In this document: positions 45,862-54,354 of the stretch, one piece after another
Layout: every line of letters starts with the position of its first letter
How positions within the stretch are numbered: position 1 is the first letter of the stretch
Source: a virus
Strand: one strand, 5' to 3'
Virus record (IMG/VR): IMGVR_UViG_3300006594_000002
Length of the DNA stretch: 60,184 nt
Notes under the pieces: generated by a model
What the model saw: the letters and a program-made list of their open reading frames with translations, nothing else
Told to the model about the DNA's origin: nothing
The model's database searches: none
Translations under genes and position numbers: made by a program

Positions 45862-48294
45862 TTATGGTCGGACAAAATATTTCTTCTGTGCCGGGTCTGA
45901 TACGCCTAGAGAAACGTCCTCGAGGTTTAATGTTCTTTCCAGTACAGTCCGGTTTGATTGTATATACCTAATCAACATACGCGGGTTCGTGAGCAATGGG
46001 TGATCATGGTAATCTTGACTGGCTTCAAACCACGCAGTTATGTCATGTAACCGTACCGTAATGCCATCTGGATGCACCTTCGTATGGTGCTCCACAAATA
46101 CCTTCAATCCATTATAAGTCCAATCAGACTCAATCATCGCTTTTTCAGTACTTTGTGCTAAACTCTGCTTAACCCAAGCAACGTCACTCTTCCGTTCCTT
46201 CTTACTTGCTTTAGCTACTTCCTTATCTCGTGGCAGATCAAGAACTTTAGCCATAAGGCCCAAACACTGTTCGTAGTTTGCTAATCGATGTCCCGCTACA
46301 TAACTATCAACCCAAGTTTCTTTTGCTGCAGCCAGGAATCGATGCAACATTACAAAGTGGTGTGCTAACCAAGAAACTCTGCCCCCACGGTTCTGTAACT
46401 GTTTTTGTACCCAATCACTGTGGTGTCCTGTACGAATAGCGTCCAGCTCGAAAACTGCGGCACGTTGTAAAAGGTCTGTGTTTAAAAAAGGTTGTTGAAT
46501 AGATGTCATACCAAAAACGACGCTTACTGGCAGTTGGTACTGTGTGTTTGTCGTAAATAGCTTCCGCATTTCGATATGTGGGTTGGGTTCGGTTACAATC
46601 CGGCACATTTCATCACTTATGCGCTGCCTAATGTCTTTGTTAGTGAACTGTGCGTTATCGATAATGTGTATTCCCCCGGTACTTACGATAGAACTAAACC
46701 AGTCACGCAGATCCGTGGGTACGTTTCGTAGTAGCGGTTGTCCTGTCAGGATAGTAAGCCTTAATGCATACAGTGAGCTTTTTCCGGATCCGGGTTCGCC
46801 CACAAAGAGTTCGACTGGAAGTTGTGTTCCTTTCCAACGCAACAAAAAAGGTGATATATAAAACAATAAGGTAGCTAACTGTGCTGAGATATCGCCTCCA
46901 CGAAACATAAAGTCCTTTGAAAAGATTTCGTACCACCAACTCACTGCTGGCTGCTCGAGCTGTTCATGGAAGGCATCTTGCAGATCCTCAATGTTAGTGT
47001 CCACTACGTGCCCTTGTTCAAAAAGCAACCCCCGTGTACCATTGGTGTGTATTCTTAGAGGGTAGTCTTTATCGGCGCTGATAATAGCAAAATGACTATC
47101 GCTAACTTGAACGGCAATTTCCCACCCGTCTCCCGGGGGCAACGCTAAGACGCGGCGAGGCTCGGCATCTTCAATAGGATCTTCCCCCGTAAACTGTGAC
47201 GCAAGCCACTGCAAGGTCTTTTGATCTGCGGCGCCTACACCGAACTCTTTATATAGGTAACCACCAAAGAGGGACTCATGAAAAGGCTCGCTAGGCTTTT
47301 GTGTTAGTTGTGCAGGAATGAGCTTGCAGGACTGCTCATCAAAGTAGTAGGGAGTTCCATCAGAAGTAGAGCGAATCCTTCTTCCTCTAGCTTCAAGCTC
47401 CGCTAACATAGTTGCTGCAACCATCTGAGTCTCATCCCTACGAAGTTTCCCCATTTGGAGCTTGTCGTTGATGTATTTCTTAGCATTTGGGAGTCTTGGA
47501 AAGGCACTGCGTTTATTAAGTGTACTGAGGACAAGATTCCGTAACGCTTTCGCCCCCTTACTTTGGAGGTAATCGTCTACACCCACTTTCCCGAGGGACG
47601 CGTCGAAGGGAAAGACCAACTGACGTATTTGTGTAAGTGGGCACCCACAAGCGTGTGCTTCATGCGCAAGCAGCGCTGCGGCTCTCTGTACCTCATGCTT
47701 TACCCCCTGCATACTATCAGTGTCATAAGTGATTAAGAGTGTAATGCCATTATGTAGACAAAGATCAAATAGGTCTTGCAACCCAACAGCTTTTTGCCCT
47801 TCAGTAACTGTACTTTCGAACCCGGCGGGTATTTTGGCCCTTATGTGGGTACCGTCTTGAGAGAACACTGTGTGCTTCGGAAGTATGATCGTCCTTCCCC
47901 GCCAACTATCCACACCACCAAGAGCACACGCAGGAAACCCCTGTTTTACAGCAGCTGCGGCTTTCTTTTCCCCTTCGGTAATGATTATGAAGGGTCTGGT
48001 TTTGGTATTGCGCGCTACTAGAAGATGCTTTTGTAAGGTTGTCGCAAACTGCGGCGGGAAGTAAACATGATTAGCCGTTCCTGAGGGCTGCTTGTACTTA
48101 ATCTGGAAGCCAAATAAGCGCGCCCGATAGAAAGGTATTCGGGTGCCATTTATGTCATAATAAGGAATAAGATAGCCGACGATGTTGGCAGGTACTTTAA
48201 TTGCAGCGAGTTCTGGGGCGCCCGCTTCCTTCGCGCCTATGTCGCCGGGAAGCAGTCCTGATCTTAACAAATCATCTAAGCATATTTTGTTCAT
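45862..48294 (-). CDS. primase-helicase: N-terminal Toprim domain + C-terminal P-loop (D5/SF3-like) NTPase
   Basis: Toprim Glu in IIITEGEKKAAAAVKQG and DxD in LITYDTDS. Walker A in FVGEPGSGKSSLYA, Walker B-like in GGIHIIDNAQ. Confidence 0.8.
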   Translation of the reverse strand: MNKICLDDLLRSGLLPGDIGAKEAGAPELAAIKVPANIVGYLIPYYDINGTRIPFYRARLFGFQIKYKQPSGTANHVYFPPQFATTLQKHLLVARNTKTRPFIIITEGEKKAAAAVKQGFPACALGGVDSWRGRTIILPKHTVFSQDGTHIRAKIPAGFESTVTEGQKAVGLQDLFDLCLHNGITLLITYDTDSMQGVKHEVQRAAALLAHEAHACGCPLTQIRQLVFPFDASLGKVGVDDYLQSKGAKALRNLVLSTLNKRSAFPRLPNAKKYINDKLQMGKLRRDETQMVAATMLAELEARGRRIRSTSDGTPYYFDEQSCKLIPAQLTQKPSEPFHESLFGGYLYKEFGVGAADQKTLQWLASQFTGEDPIEDAEPRRVLALPPGDGWEIAVQVSDSHFAIISADKDYPLRIHTNGTRGLLFEQGHVVDTNIEDLQDAFHEQLEQPAVSWWYEIFSKDFMFRGGDISAQLATLLFYISPFLLRWKGTQLPVELFVGEPGSGKSSLYALRLTILTGQPLLRNVPTDLRDWFSSIVSTGGIHIIDNAQFTNKDIRQRISDEMCRIVTEPNPHIEMRKLFTTNTQYQLPVSVVFGMTSIQQPFLNTDLLQRAAVFELDAIRTGHHSDWVQKQLQNRGGRVSWLAHHFVMLHRFLAAAKETWVDSYVAGHRLANYEQCLGLMAKVLDLPRDKEVAKASKKERKSDVAWVKQSLAQSTEKAMIESDWTYNGLKVFVEHHTKVHPDGITVRLHDITAWFEASQDYHDHPLLTNPRMLIRYIQSNRTVLERTLNLEDVSLGVSDPAQKKYFVRP

Positions 48295-48302
48295 AGACCA
48301 CG

Positions 48303-48335
48303 CTCTGCAATCGTTTGTGTAGGTTTATTGCAGAG
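48303..48335 (-). promoter_or_regulatory. perfect 9-bp hairpin filling the gap upstream of the primase-helicase start
   Basis: ctctgcaat (48303-48311) pairs with attgcagag (48327-48335) across a 15-nt loop. On the mRNA its 3' arm ends 8 nt before the ATG at 48294. No T-run follows. Confidence 0.35.
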
Positions 48336-48620
48336 TTAGGCTATGTTTTTAGCTAGGCCTAAGCGGATGTATGTGCGATACTGCCCAGAAACGTTTTGAC
48401 GGTAGTCGGTATCTTGTTTGACTCTTCCTTCAGTAAGCAGCCTATCTAAAACGGGTCGCCATTTAGCGGGAGCAGTTTGGGGACCTAAACCAGCTTGCAT
48501 CATCGTAGGCGAAATGATAGGATAAACTTCAAGCAGGAGCAAAATACGATCTTCGATGTTCTTCTCTTCCTCGATTTCGAGTTCTAGCCCTTCGTTAGCT
48601 ACGTCGTTGTTTTCTACCAT
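48336..48620 (-). CDS. hypothetical protein (possible winged-helix)
   Basis: 94 aa with an acidic N-terminus. Confidence 0.45.
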   Translation of the reverse strand: MVENNDVANEGLELEIEEEKNIEDRILLLLEVYPIISPTMMQAGLGPQTAPAKWRPVLDRLLTEGRVKQDTDYRQNVSGQYRTYIRLGLAKNIA

Positions 48621-48805
48621 ACAGATTCTCCGGTTGAGGTTAAACTATAAAGGACTGCGGGCTCCCACGCAACTCTTTAATTTCTGTCTTCAAGAGTCTG
48701 TTGTAGGCGCAACTTACACACCACTGCCTAGAGTATGACGAATCCTCGGAAGGATTGCAAGAACTCTAGGTATCTGCCCAGGTTAGCCGGCACCTGAGGA
48801 GATTC

Positions 48806-49249
48806 TTAAAACTTTTTACCCCCTTTACCTCTACGGCTGGTTATTTTATGATCGGCTCTCTTTTCGTTGTACTGTAGCTTCTCCATAAGTGCTCCAGGAA
48901 GGTCTAACATGTGTGCCCCTGCAAGATCCATAATACGAATCACTGCATCCGCGAGTTCGACTGTGAAGGCATCTCTTCCTGGGAGGTGATCATCTTTTTT
49001 GTCCTTTCGATAGCCTTCCATTGCTTCGCTGATTTCGGAGTGTATGAGGCAGAGGATCTCTGGCACGTTGCGCGTCTTGAGTGTCGGCGCACCTGTTGAT
49101 AAGTCATGCCACCAACCAGCGTTGTAGCCACGACCAAAACAAGCCCCAATAAGCACAGCTACTGCGTTTCGCGTTTCCATTTCATCTGGGAGGTCTAATT
49201 TGGGTGCCTTATCAAAGGGAAGGCTCTGGAGCTTTTCTAAAATGTTCAT
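48806..49249 (-). CDS. mazG: MazG-like nucleoside triphosphate pyrophosphohydrolase
   Basis: LIHSEISEAMEGYRK...FTVELADAVIRIMDLAG matches the all-alpha NTP-PPase EExxE/ELAD metal-binding pattern. The ATG at 49249 overlaps the upstream stop (TGATG). Confidence 0.65.
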   Translation of the reverse strand: MNILEKLQSLPFDKAPKLDLPDEMETRNAVAVLIGACFGRGYNAGWWHDLSTGAPTLKTRNVPEILCLIHSEISEAMEGYRKDKKDDHLPGRDAFTVELADAVIRIMDLAGAHMLDLPGALMEKLQYNEKRADHKITSRRGKGGKKF

Positions 49250-49458
49250 CACATGCCTCCGAAAGGCACTAATGGAAGGCCTCTTGCAACTGAGTCGCAC
49301 CTACGTATCTCTTTTATTTGTAGGAGTTGTTTTAAAGCACCAGCAGTGGTTTTAAGGGGGCTTTGTTTAGGCTCCCCATCCATAATATACCAGTAGCCCG
49401 CATAGATGGGGTACGCGTCTTCCAGGATGTGCTCACCCTGAGGCTCCCTATCAGCCAT
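49249..49458 (-). CDS. hypothetical protein
   Basis: The ATG at 49458 is preceded by GGAGAG. The tracked GTG start is at 49470. Confidence 0.45.
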   Translation of the reverse strand: MADREPQGEHILEDAYPIYAGYWYIMDGEPKQSPLKTTAGALKQLLQIKEIRRCDSVARGLPLVPFGGM

Positions 49459-49502
49459 GTTGCTCTCCACAGTGTGATGGTTGGCGTAGAATTATTATAA
49501 GT

Positions 49503-49531
49503 AATATAAAGCAGTTAATGTGTCTTTTCAA
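49503..49531 (-). promoter_or_regulatory. sigma70-like promoter (TTGAAA-17-TATATT)
   Basis: On the minus strand, TTGAAA is at 49531-49526 and TATATT at 49508-49503. Confidence 0.55.
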
Positions 49532-49534
49532 CAT

Positions 49535-49780
49535 TTATTTTTTGGTCGGCGTTTTTGGTTCTAATACCTCATGTGCTTTGGTTACGAGATTCCTTGCGCT
49601 AGTTAGTACTTCGTCGGTAAAAGTTACTGGGTTTAATAAAGACTTTCCTTTAGGATCCCTGTTTAGGCAGAGGCATCCCATACCGTCGGCCAATTCTCTA
49701 ACCGCGCTGGACATATAGGAGAGCGCAGTTGAAAACCTTGTTATGATTTCTTTTATGTTGTCGCTTTCTTCTTCGGTCAT
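49535..49780 (-). CDS. hypothetical protein
   Basis: 81 aa with an AGGAG RBS. Confidence 0.5.
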   Translation of the reverse strand: MTEEESDNIKEIITRFSTALSYMSSAVRELADGMGCLCLNRDPKGKSLLNPVTFTDEVLTSARNLVTKAHEVLEPKTPTKK

Positions 49781-49789
49781 AACATTCTC

Positions 49790-49939
49790 CTATCGGGCAT
49801 AATAAGTATGCGGATCGCTCATACGTTGTATCATTATCTTCTCCCACTGTGTGTAACAAAACACAGCCGCGTGTACGCCGTAACCGACGGCGGCAGAGAG
49901 GAGTAAAACAAGGAGTAGAACTAACAACTTTTGTACCAT
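49790..49939 (-). CDS. small membrane/signal-anchored peptide (49 aa; not in the ORF track)
   Basis: Manual translation: MVQKLLVLLLVLLLSAAVGYGVHAAVFCYTQWEKIMIQRMSDPHTYYAR. There is a TAATG overlap with the upstream small ORF. Confidence 0.4.
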   Translation of the reverse strand: MVQKLLVLLLVLLLSAAVGYGVHAAVFCYTQWEKIMIQRMSDPHTYYAR

Positions 49940-50088
49940 TATTCCCATTCCCTTTCCGCATATCTAGGGTCTTGTGTTACCTTCTTTCTCGAAGCCCATC
50001 CAACACCCGCATTACTCTCCGGCTTGCTATTCCGGATCTCTTTTGGGTATCTTTTACGGCGTTTACGTTTATTCTTTTTTGTCCCCAT
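49939..50088 (-). CDS. small highly basic protein (49 aa; not in the ORF track)
   Basis: Manual translation: MGTKKNKRKRRKRYPKEIRNSKPESNAGVGWASRKKVTQDPRYAEREWE. A GGAGA RBS lies 7 nt upstream. Confidence 0.35.
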   Translation of the reverse strand: MGTKKNKRKRRKRYPKEIRNSKPESNAGVGWASRKKVTQDPRYAEREWE

Positions 50089-50317
50089 TTAGCATCTCCG
50101 TAAAGATCATCCTGGTTTCTGCTTCGGCCACACACAGAATACAGGCAACATACTGTGTCTTACCGTTTCGTGCCTTTCCTGCAGCATTCCTAGCCTTCTC
50201 TTCTGTAGGAAAAAACTTAACCCTATAGTAGACACTTGGATACTGCCCTCCTTCTGTACGCTCATACTCCAAAACACAGTACTTGTTTACCGCTTCTGAG
50301 CTGTTTGTGCCAAACAC
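50069..50317 (-). CDS. hypothetical protein
   Basis: 82 aa, GTG start, with an AGGGAG RBS. Confidence 0.45.
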   Translation of the reverse strand: MFGTNSSEAVNKYCVLEYERTEGGQYPSVYYRVKFFPTEEKARNAAGKARNGKTQYVACILCVAEAETRMIFTEMLNGDKKE

Positions 50318-50413
50318 GTTAAATGCTCCCTGTTGTTTTGGGGTTGTATGTCATTGAAGGCACAAAACAACTAAGAGTCAACCCTAAGATGAAGGAAGTG
50401 CGCTCTTTCATAA

Positions 50414-50710
50414 CTACTCCTTGTTCACAGGTGCAGTACTGTCAATAACTATTCCTGCACTAGGGTCTGTTTTGTTCTTACCAAGACGTTTCTTGCTGCT
50501 TGTTGTTTGCACAGTAGTGTCAGCGCCTTTATTGTTATTGGTAAGGTTCTGAATTACGTTTTCAAGTATAAGGATGGAATCCTGCGAAGCTTCATACTGC
50601 GCTTGTACTGTACTTCTGGTCACGATGTTAAGGTGCAGCTGATACCCTATATAAGCCTGCTCAGCAAGAAGCGCAGTAGTTATAAGTGCCCAAATCACGA
50701 TCTTAGTCAT
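50414..50710 (-). CDS. membrane-anchored protein
   Basis: The ATG at 50710 follows AAGGAGG. The N-terminal TM segment is IVIWALITTALLAEQAYIGY. Confidence 0.5.
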   Translation of the reverse strand: MTKIVIWALITTALLAEQAYIGYQLHLNIVTRSTVQAQYEASQDSILILENVIQNLTNNNKGADTTVQTTSSKKRLGKNKTDPSAGIVIDSTAPVNKE

Positions 50711-50921
50711 TTCGTGCCTCCTTATGGTTGCTCCGATAATCTGTATGTGTTCTCCGCTTCTGGCTTTTAGACTCTGCATAATAGACCCTAGCATGTTCCA
50801 CACAATATGTACCTTTTTCCCCTACTGGTTGTCCACAGCACACTGCATATCCGTCAGAGCCTTTGAGGAAAACTATATCGGGGCACTGACTAGATTTCAG
50901 GTGCAGCATTGAGACTGTCAT
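50703..50921 (-). CDS. GcrA-C-terminal-like Cys protein
   Basis: CCGQPVGEKGTYCVEHARVYY resembles the conserved GcrA C-terminal motif (C.WP.G...FCG...YC..H...Y). The call is tentative. Confidence 0.4.
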   Translation of the reverse strand: MTVSMLHLKSSQCPDIVFLKGSDGYAVCCGQPVGEKGTYCVEHARVYYAESKSQKRRTHTDYRSNHKEARND

Positions 50922-50926
50922 CTACC

Positions 50927-51439
50927 CTATCCACCTAGCCACGTAATTAGCTTGATTAGGATAAGGCCAAAAGCAACGCCTAAAAAGAAGTTTGCCAGGA
51001 AGCTCCTAATAGGGGTCTTTTTTCTCTTCATAGGTTGTATAACCTCCCCCCATCGGGTTTTCTTCTCTTCTGTTGACAACGCCGTGTTTTCCTCTAAGGC
51101 TGCTTTAGCTAAGTCAGGTAGGAGACTTCTTACAATATTAATATGCTCTTCTAAAAGTTTCTCTGCACTTGTCCCTGAAGTTAGGCCCACTAATAGAAGC
51201 ACTTTAACAGTGGTAACTGCAGACGCTACGCACAACAATTTAAGTCTTCTTCCTATATATCTTCCAGACACTAGTTGTCCTGTACGAGTTATCGCATTAA
51301 ACGCATCTTCAGCAGCCTTCTTCGAAAGGTCTGTAAGCTCATCGGCTGTGGGAGGAGGTTTATTAGACTGCATGTCTTTCAAGGCAGCAAGCATAGCATT
51401 CAGTGTTGAATAGTCTGGTGTTTCTGGTGTGTTAGCCAT
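50927..51439 (-). CDS. hypothetical protein with C-terminal TM anchor
   Basis: 170 aa. The C-terminal TM segment is FLANFFLGVAFGLILIKLITWL. Confidence 0.5.
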   Translation of the reverse strand: MANTPETPDYSTLNAMLAALKDMQSNKPPPTADELTDLSKKAAEDAFNAITRTGQLVSGRYIGRRLKLLCVASAVTTVKVLLLVGLTSGTSAEKLLEEHINIVRSLLPDLAKAALEENTALSTEEKKTRWGEVIQPMKRKKTPIRSFLANFFLGVAFGLILIKLITWLGG

Positions 51440-51743
51440 GTAACCTCCCTAAAAGTAGTGCAGCAATTGCCAGCCACAGCAAGAAGTTTTGTATTGCCAA
51501 GAGCTTTGATGTTCCCTTAAGCCTGTTGCAATCATTAAGATTCAATGCACGTTCAAGGGCGGCAATAAGAGCATCTTTACCTTCCTGTCGTCTGCGTTCT
51601 GCCGCTAAAGTGAGCTCCAACGCAACGTAGTCTTCTCTCAACTTGTGATAGTTCTCCTTCCAAGTTTGCTCTAGGCTACGACTATGCGTTCTCGTCGCGG
51701 CTTCTTGGCAATTCTTTGAAGGGTGGCGTGAAGATTTTACCAT
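51432..51743 (-). CDS. coiled-coil protein with C-terminal TM anchor
   Basis: 103 aa. The C-terminal TM segment is FLLWLAIAALLLGRL. Confidence 0.45.
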   Translation of the reverse strand: MVKSSRHPSKNCQEAATRTHSRSLEQTWKENYHKLREDYVALELTLAAERRRQEGKDALIAALERALNLNDCNRLKGTSKLLAIQNFLLWLAIAALLLGRLHG

Positions 51744-51924
51744 TACCGTACCTCCTCTTTACAAAAAACAGTGCATCCATAAACGAAAGGCTACAACCCT
51801 CAAAAATCTCCTCGTAGGCAGCGCAGAGTATCTTCGCCTGCGCTGTAGAGTTCCATACGAAACACAGGTCTGTGGACTGCGTAGCAGCAAACCTCATAGC
51901 CTGCTCTGGGGAGAGTTCCACCAT
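51682..51924 (-). CDS. hypothetical protein
   Basis: 80-aa ORF that overlaps the next gene by 62 nt. Confidence 0.4.
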   Translation of the reverse strand: MVELSPEQAMRFAATQSTDLCFVWNSTAQAKILCAAYEEIFEGCSLSFMDALFFVKRRYGNGKIFTPPFKELPRSRDENA

Positions 51925-51926
51925 GG

Positions 51927-52301
51927 CTATATCCTTTTAGTCGCGATCTGAACGTACTCTGTAACACGCTCAAATTGTTTGCACCACTCTTCTCCCATTT
52001 GTTTCCTTATTGCATCCTGATCGAGGGTGACTCTTGTGAGGTGTTGTATGTTGGCCACGAAGTGTTCGCCTTGGAAAGAGGTTTGTTTCAAATTCTTCGT
52101 GCGCCCTTTAAAGGCCTCTTTGTAGAAACCCTCTGCCTTCTCGTAAAAGGACTTCTGTGCTCGCGCGATACCGATCTCGTCAACCAGAAACTCCGGCGTT
52201 ATGTTGTGCCCCAATGTTGGAGGCACAAACTTTAACTCCGGCATAGATCTTTTCACTGCTTTAACAACTTTCCCGACAGGCTTTTTGGTGGTTGTGGCCA
52301 T
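51927..52301 (-). CDS. hypothetical protein
   Basis: 124 aa with an RBS (GGAGAAACC), downstream of the promoter at 52333-52361. Confidence 0.55.
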   Translation of the reverse strand: MATTTKKPVGKVVKAVKRSMPELKFVPPTLGHNITPEFLVDEIGIARAQKSFYEKAEGFYKEAFKGRTKNLKQTSFQGEHFVANIQHLTRVTLDQDAIRKQMGEEWCKQFERVTEYVQIATKRI

Positions 52302-52332
52302 CTGGTTTCTCCTTGGTAACTCGTATGCTTAT

Positions 52333-52361
52333 ATAATAATGTGAATTATTAGAGAAATCAA
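52333..52361 (-). promoter_or_regulatory. sigma70-like promoter (TTGATT-17-TATTAT)
   Basis: On the minus strand, TTGATT is at 52361-52356 and TATTAT at 52338-52333. Confidence 0.5.
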
Positions 52362-52397
52362 TGGTCAAAATGTTGTGCTGAGATACCCGGTGTGTTT

Positions 52398-52610
52398 TTA
52401 TAGTTGGTCTTGTAAAACTTCTTCTTTACAAAGCTCTGTTCCACAGAGTTCGTCGATTGTGTTTGGGACGATCGAAAAGCCCCATCTTTGGAGTTCGAAA
52501 ACGAAAAAATCAAATTGGTCGATCTCTTCATTTATAAAAAGTTCTCGCGTGGGTTGAGGCATGTGACTCAACGTATGATTCACGATTATTTTTATGCGAG
52601 GGTCGGTCAT
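52398..52610 (-). CDS. hypothetical protein
   Basis: 70-aa ORF. Confidence 0.45.
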   Translation of the reverse strand: MTDPRIKIIVNHTLSHMPQPTRELFINEEIDQFDFFVFELQRWGFSIVPNTIDELCGTELCKEEVLQDQL

Positions 52611-52829
52611 GGATTAGATCCTTCTCCCCAAAATAATAAACAAGACGCACACCGTGATTGCAAAAAGAAACACCGACGCGGGGCCGATAATATCAATAGG
52701 GCCGCACGTATTTAGAAGGTCTCCTAGGATGCATTCTTTCATGGCCTTTTCCTTCCCTGTTGCGTCAACCTCTCATTAAACGACTTTTCAAACCGGCTGG
52801 CTTGGATCGATTCCAAATCGGAAACCCAC

Positions 52830-53244
52830 TTATTCATTTCGTGTTAACCCGTTTACAGAAAACGCATTTCGCAACTTCTTGTTTTCTTCCTCAAGCTCCT
52901 TAATACGTGCGGCTTGCTGATTAAGTTTTTCAATAACTGGACGCGCTCCATTCCAGTTTGCTTTCTCGCCACTTGAGCCGGACACAGCTTGATAGATTTC
53001 ATTAAGAGTTGCGTTGGCACCACGAGCTTCCCCCCGCGTGAATTATAGCTTCTTGCTTTAACTTTTCTATGAGCGAGGCTTGCTGTTCGATCTTTGTGGC
53101 GGCTTGCAAGAAAAAATAAGCATCTATACCACATGGTTTTTCTGAGCTTTTTATACACCATTTTATTAATTCTTCCGTTGTCATGTCGCTCATGTTACCT
53201 CCACGATTTTGACTTTGCGAACGTCTTTGGTATTTCCGTGCCAT
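52830..53244 (-). pseudogene. coiled-coil protein gene interrupted by a frameshift at a C6/G6 homopolymer (53030-53035)
   Basis: The frame from ATG 53244 reads ...KIEQQASLIEKLKQEAIIHAGG and stops at 53002. The +1 frame continues through the G-run as EARGANATLNEIYQAVSGSSGEKANWNGARPVIEKLNQQAARIKELEEENKKLRNAFSVNGLTRNE, stops at 52830, and has no Met of its own. Confidence 0.55.
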
Positions 53245-53362
53245 TCCGCATCTTGTTTTTATATATATAAAGCTGGATGTACAGAAAAACCTACAACCCC
53301 ATGATGTTGGACTCCCCCGTCTTCGTTAAATGCAGCCCAATACGTCTTTTCTTTGCGCTTTT

Positions 53363-53743
53363 TCATGCTTCACCTTTTAGCTTTCGGTATGCGGCGATGG
53401 CTTCGTCAGCCTTTCTTCCTTCATCGTCCATAAGATTATCAGATGGCTCCTGCCATGTTCTTGTAAGGTGTGGTTCAGAAAGGTCACCATCTGCGTTCCC
53501 TCGCCATTCATCAGCATAAAACATAAGCGCCTTCGCCATCATCTCCATAACGGCTTGGGTTTCATGGTCAATGGGGCGGGTGTTCCATGCTTCTATCGCA
53601 TGTTTTCTATATGCCCGTCTTACTGCTGGCTTAAAACAATTTTTATCAAGACACTTAATTTCATATCGAACATATCCGGCAATCCTTCTACAGTCTATTC
53701 TTGGTTCAGTTCCACAAAACGGGCATGTCTTAAACTCACTCAT
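53363..53743 (-). CDS. Lar-family restriction-alleviation-like protein with C-terminal extension
   Basis: CPFCGTEPRID...IKCLDKNC...AIEAWNTRP matches the Lar_restr_allev pattern (CPFCG...C..C...A...WN.R). Confidence 0.6.
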   Translation of the reverse strand: MSEFKTCPFCGTEPRIDCRRIAGYVRYEIKCLDKNCFKPAVRRAYRKHAIEAWNTRPIDHETQAVMEMMAKALMFYADEWRGNADGDLSEPHLTRTWQEPSDNLMDDEGRKADEAIAAYRKLKGEA

Positions 53744-53746
53744 AAA

Positions 53747-54004
53747 TCACGATCCTTTCCCCTTGCTCGACTGTTTCAACCGCTCTTTAAATGACTGCAA
53801 AGAGTTTGTAGGCTTAATACACTCATCAATGTTGGCCCCAGGTTCTAAAGGGGCTACCACCTGTACCCGCCGAGGTTTGCTCATCATCCCGTGGTTAGTT
53901 TTCTCCCATGTACGACCACACTCGGGACATTCACCAGAGTCATCTAAAACCGGTTTGGGATCCGGATGCATAGGGCAGTGTATAGCTTCACTCATTTCTT
54001 CCAT
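53747..54004 (-). CDS. zinc-ribbon protein
   Basis: HCPMHPD...ECPECG forms a four-ligand pattern. Confidence 0.45.
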   Translation of the reverse strand: MEEMSEAIHCPMHPDPKPVLDDSGECPECGRTWEKTNHGMMSKPRRVQVVAPLEPGANIDECIKPTNSLQSFKERLKQSSKGKGS

Positions 54005-54006
54005 GT

Positions 54007-54354
54007 TTACCTCTTTGTTGGCGCAGGTTCTGCAAAGCCCGTTGGGACAAAGTCTTGTTTTGAAGGAATAGGTGGAATCAACTCGACTCTTGGTTTAGAT
54101 AACACCTTTAGTCTCGACTCATCGAACCAGCAGGCATCACCTTTACTTTTGGAGTTTATCCTAGGAGTTAGGAGCACTTGGTTGCAGCCTGTAAGGTATT
54201 GGACGAAGCCGATAGCGACTCCCTCGAAACCCGTGACTACATCCTTCATTGTTAAGCCCAAATCTCTATGCGACATTTTCAAGTTCCTTTCTAGCAATGC
54301 TAAGTTTATCTCTTTGCTCGGCTTCTTTCCCGTGGTTACTGTTTTATCGGTCAT
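54007..54354 (-). CDS. hypothetical protein
   Basis: The ATG at 54354 overlaps the upstream stop (ATGA). Confidence 0.45.
   Translation of the reverse strand: MTDKTVTTGKKPSKEINLALLERNLKMSHRDLGLTMKDVVTGFEGVAIGFVQYLTGCNQVLLTPRINSKSKGDACWFDESRLKVLSKPRVELIPPIPSKQDFVPTGFAEPAPTKR

Noticed and set aside
49698-49961. 87-aa ORF (minus)
   Set aside because: It overlaps the 81-aa gene and the manually found 49-aa membrane-peptide ORF. Its composition is Arg/Cys-rich. The alternative small ORFs have RBSs and stop/start coupling.
52853-53161. 102-aa ORF (minus) overlapping the frameshifted gene
   Set aside because: It lies in the third frame across two better-supported frames, has an odd Arg/Lys-rich composition, and has no RBS.
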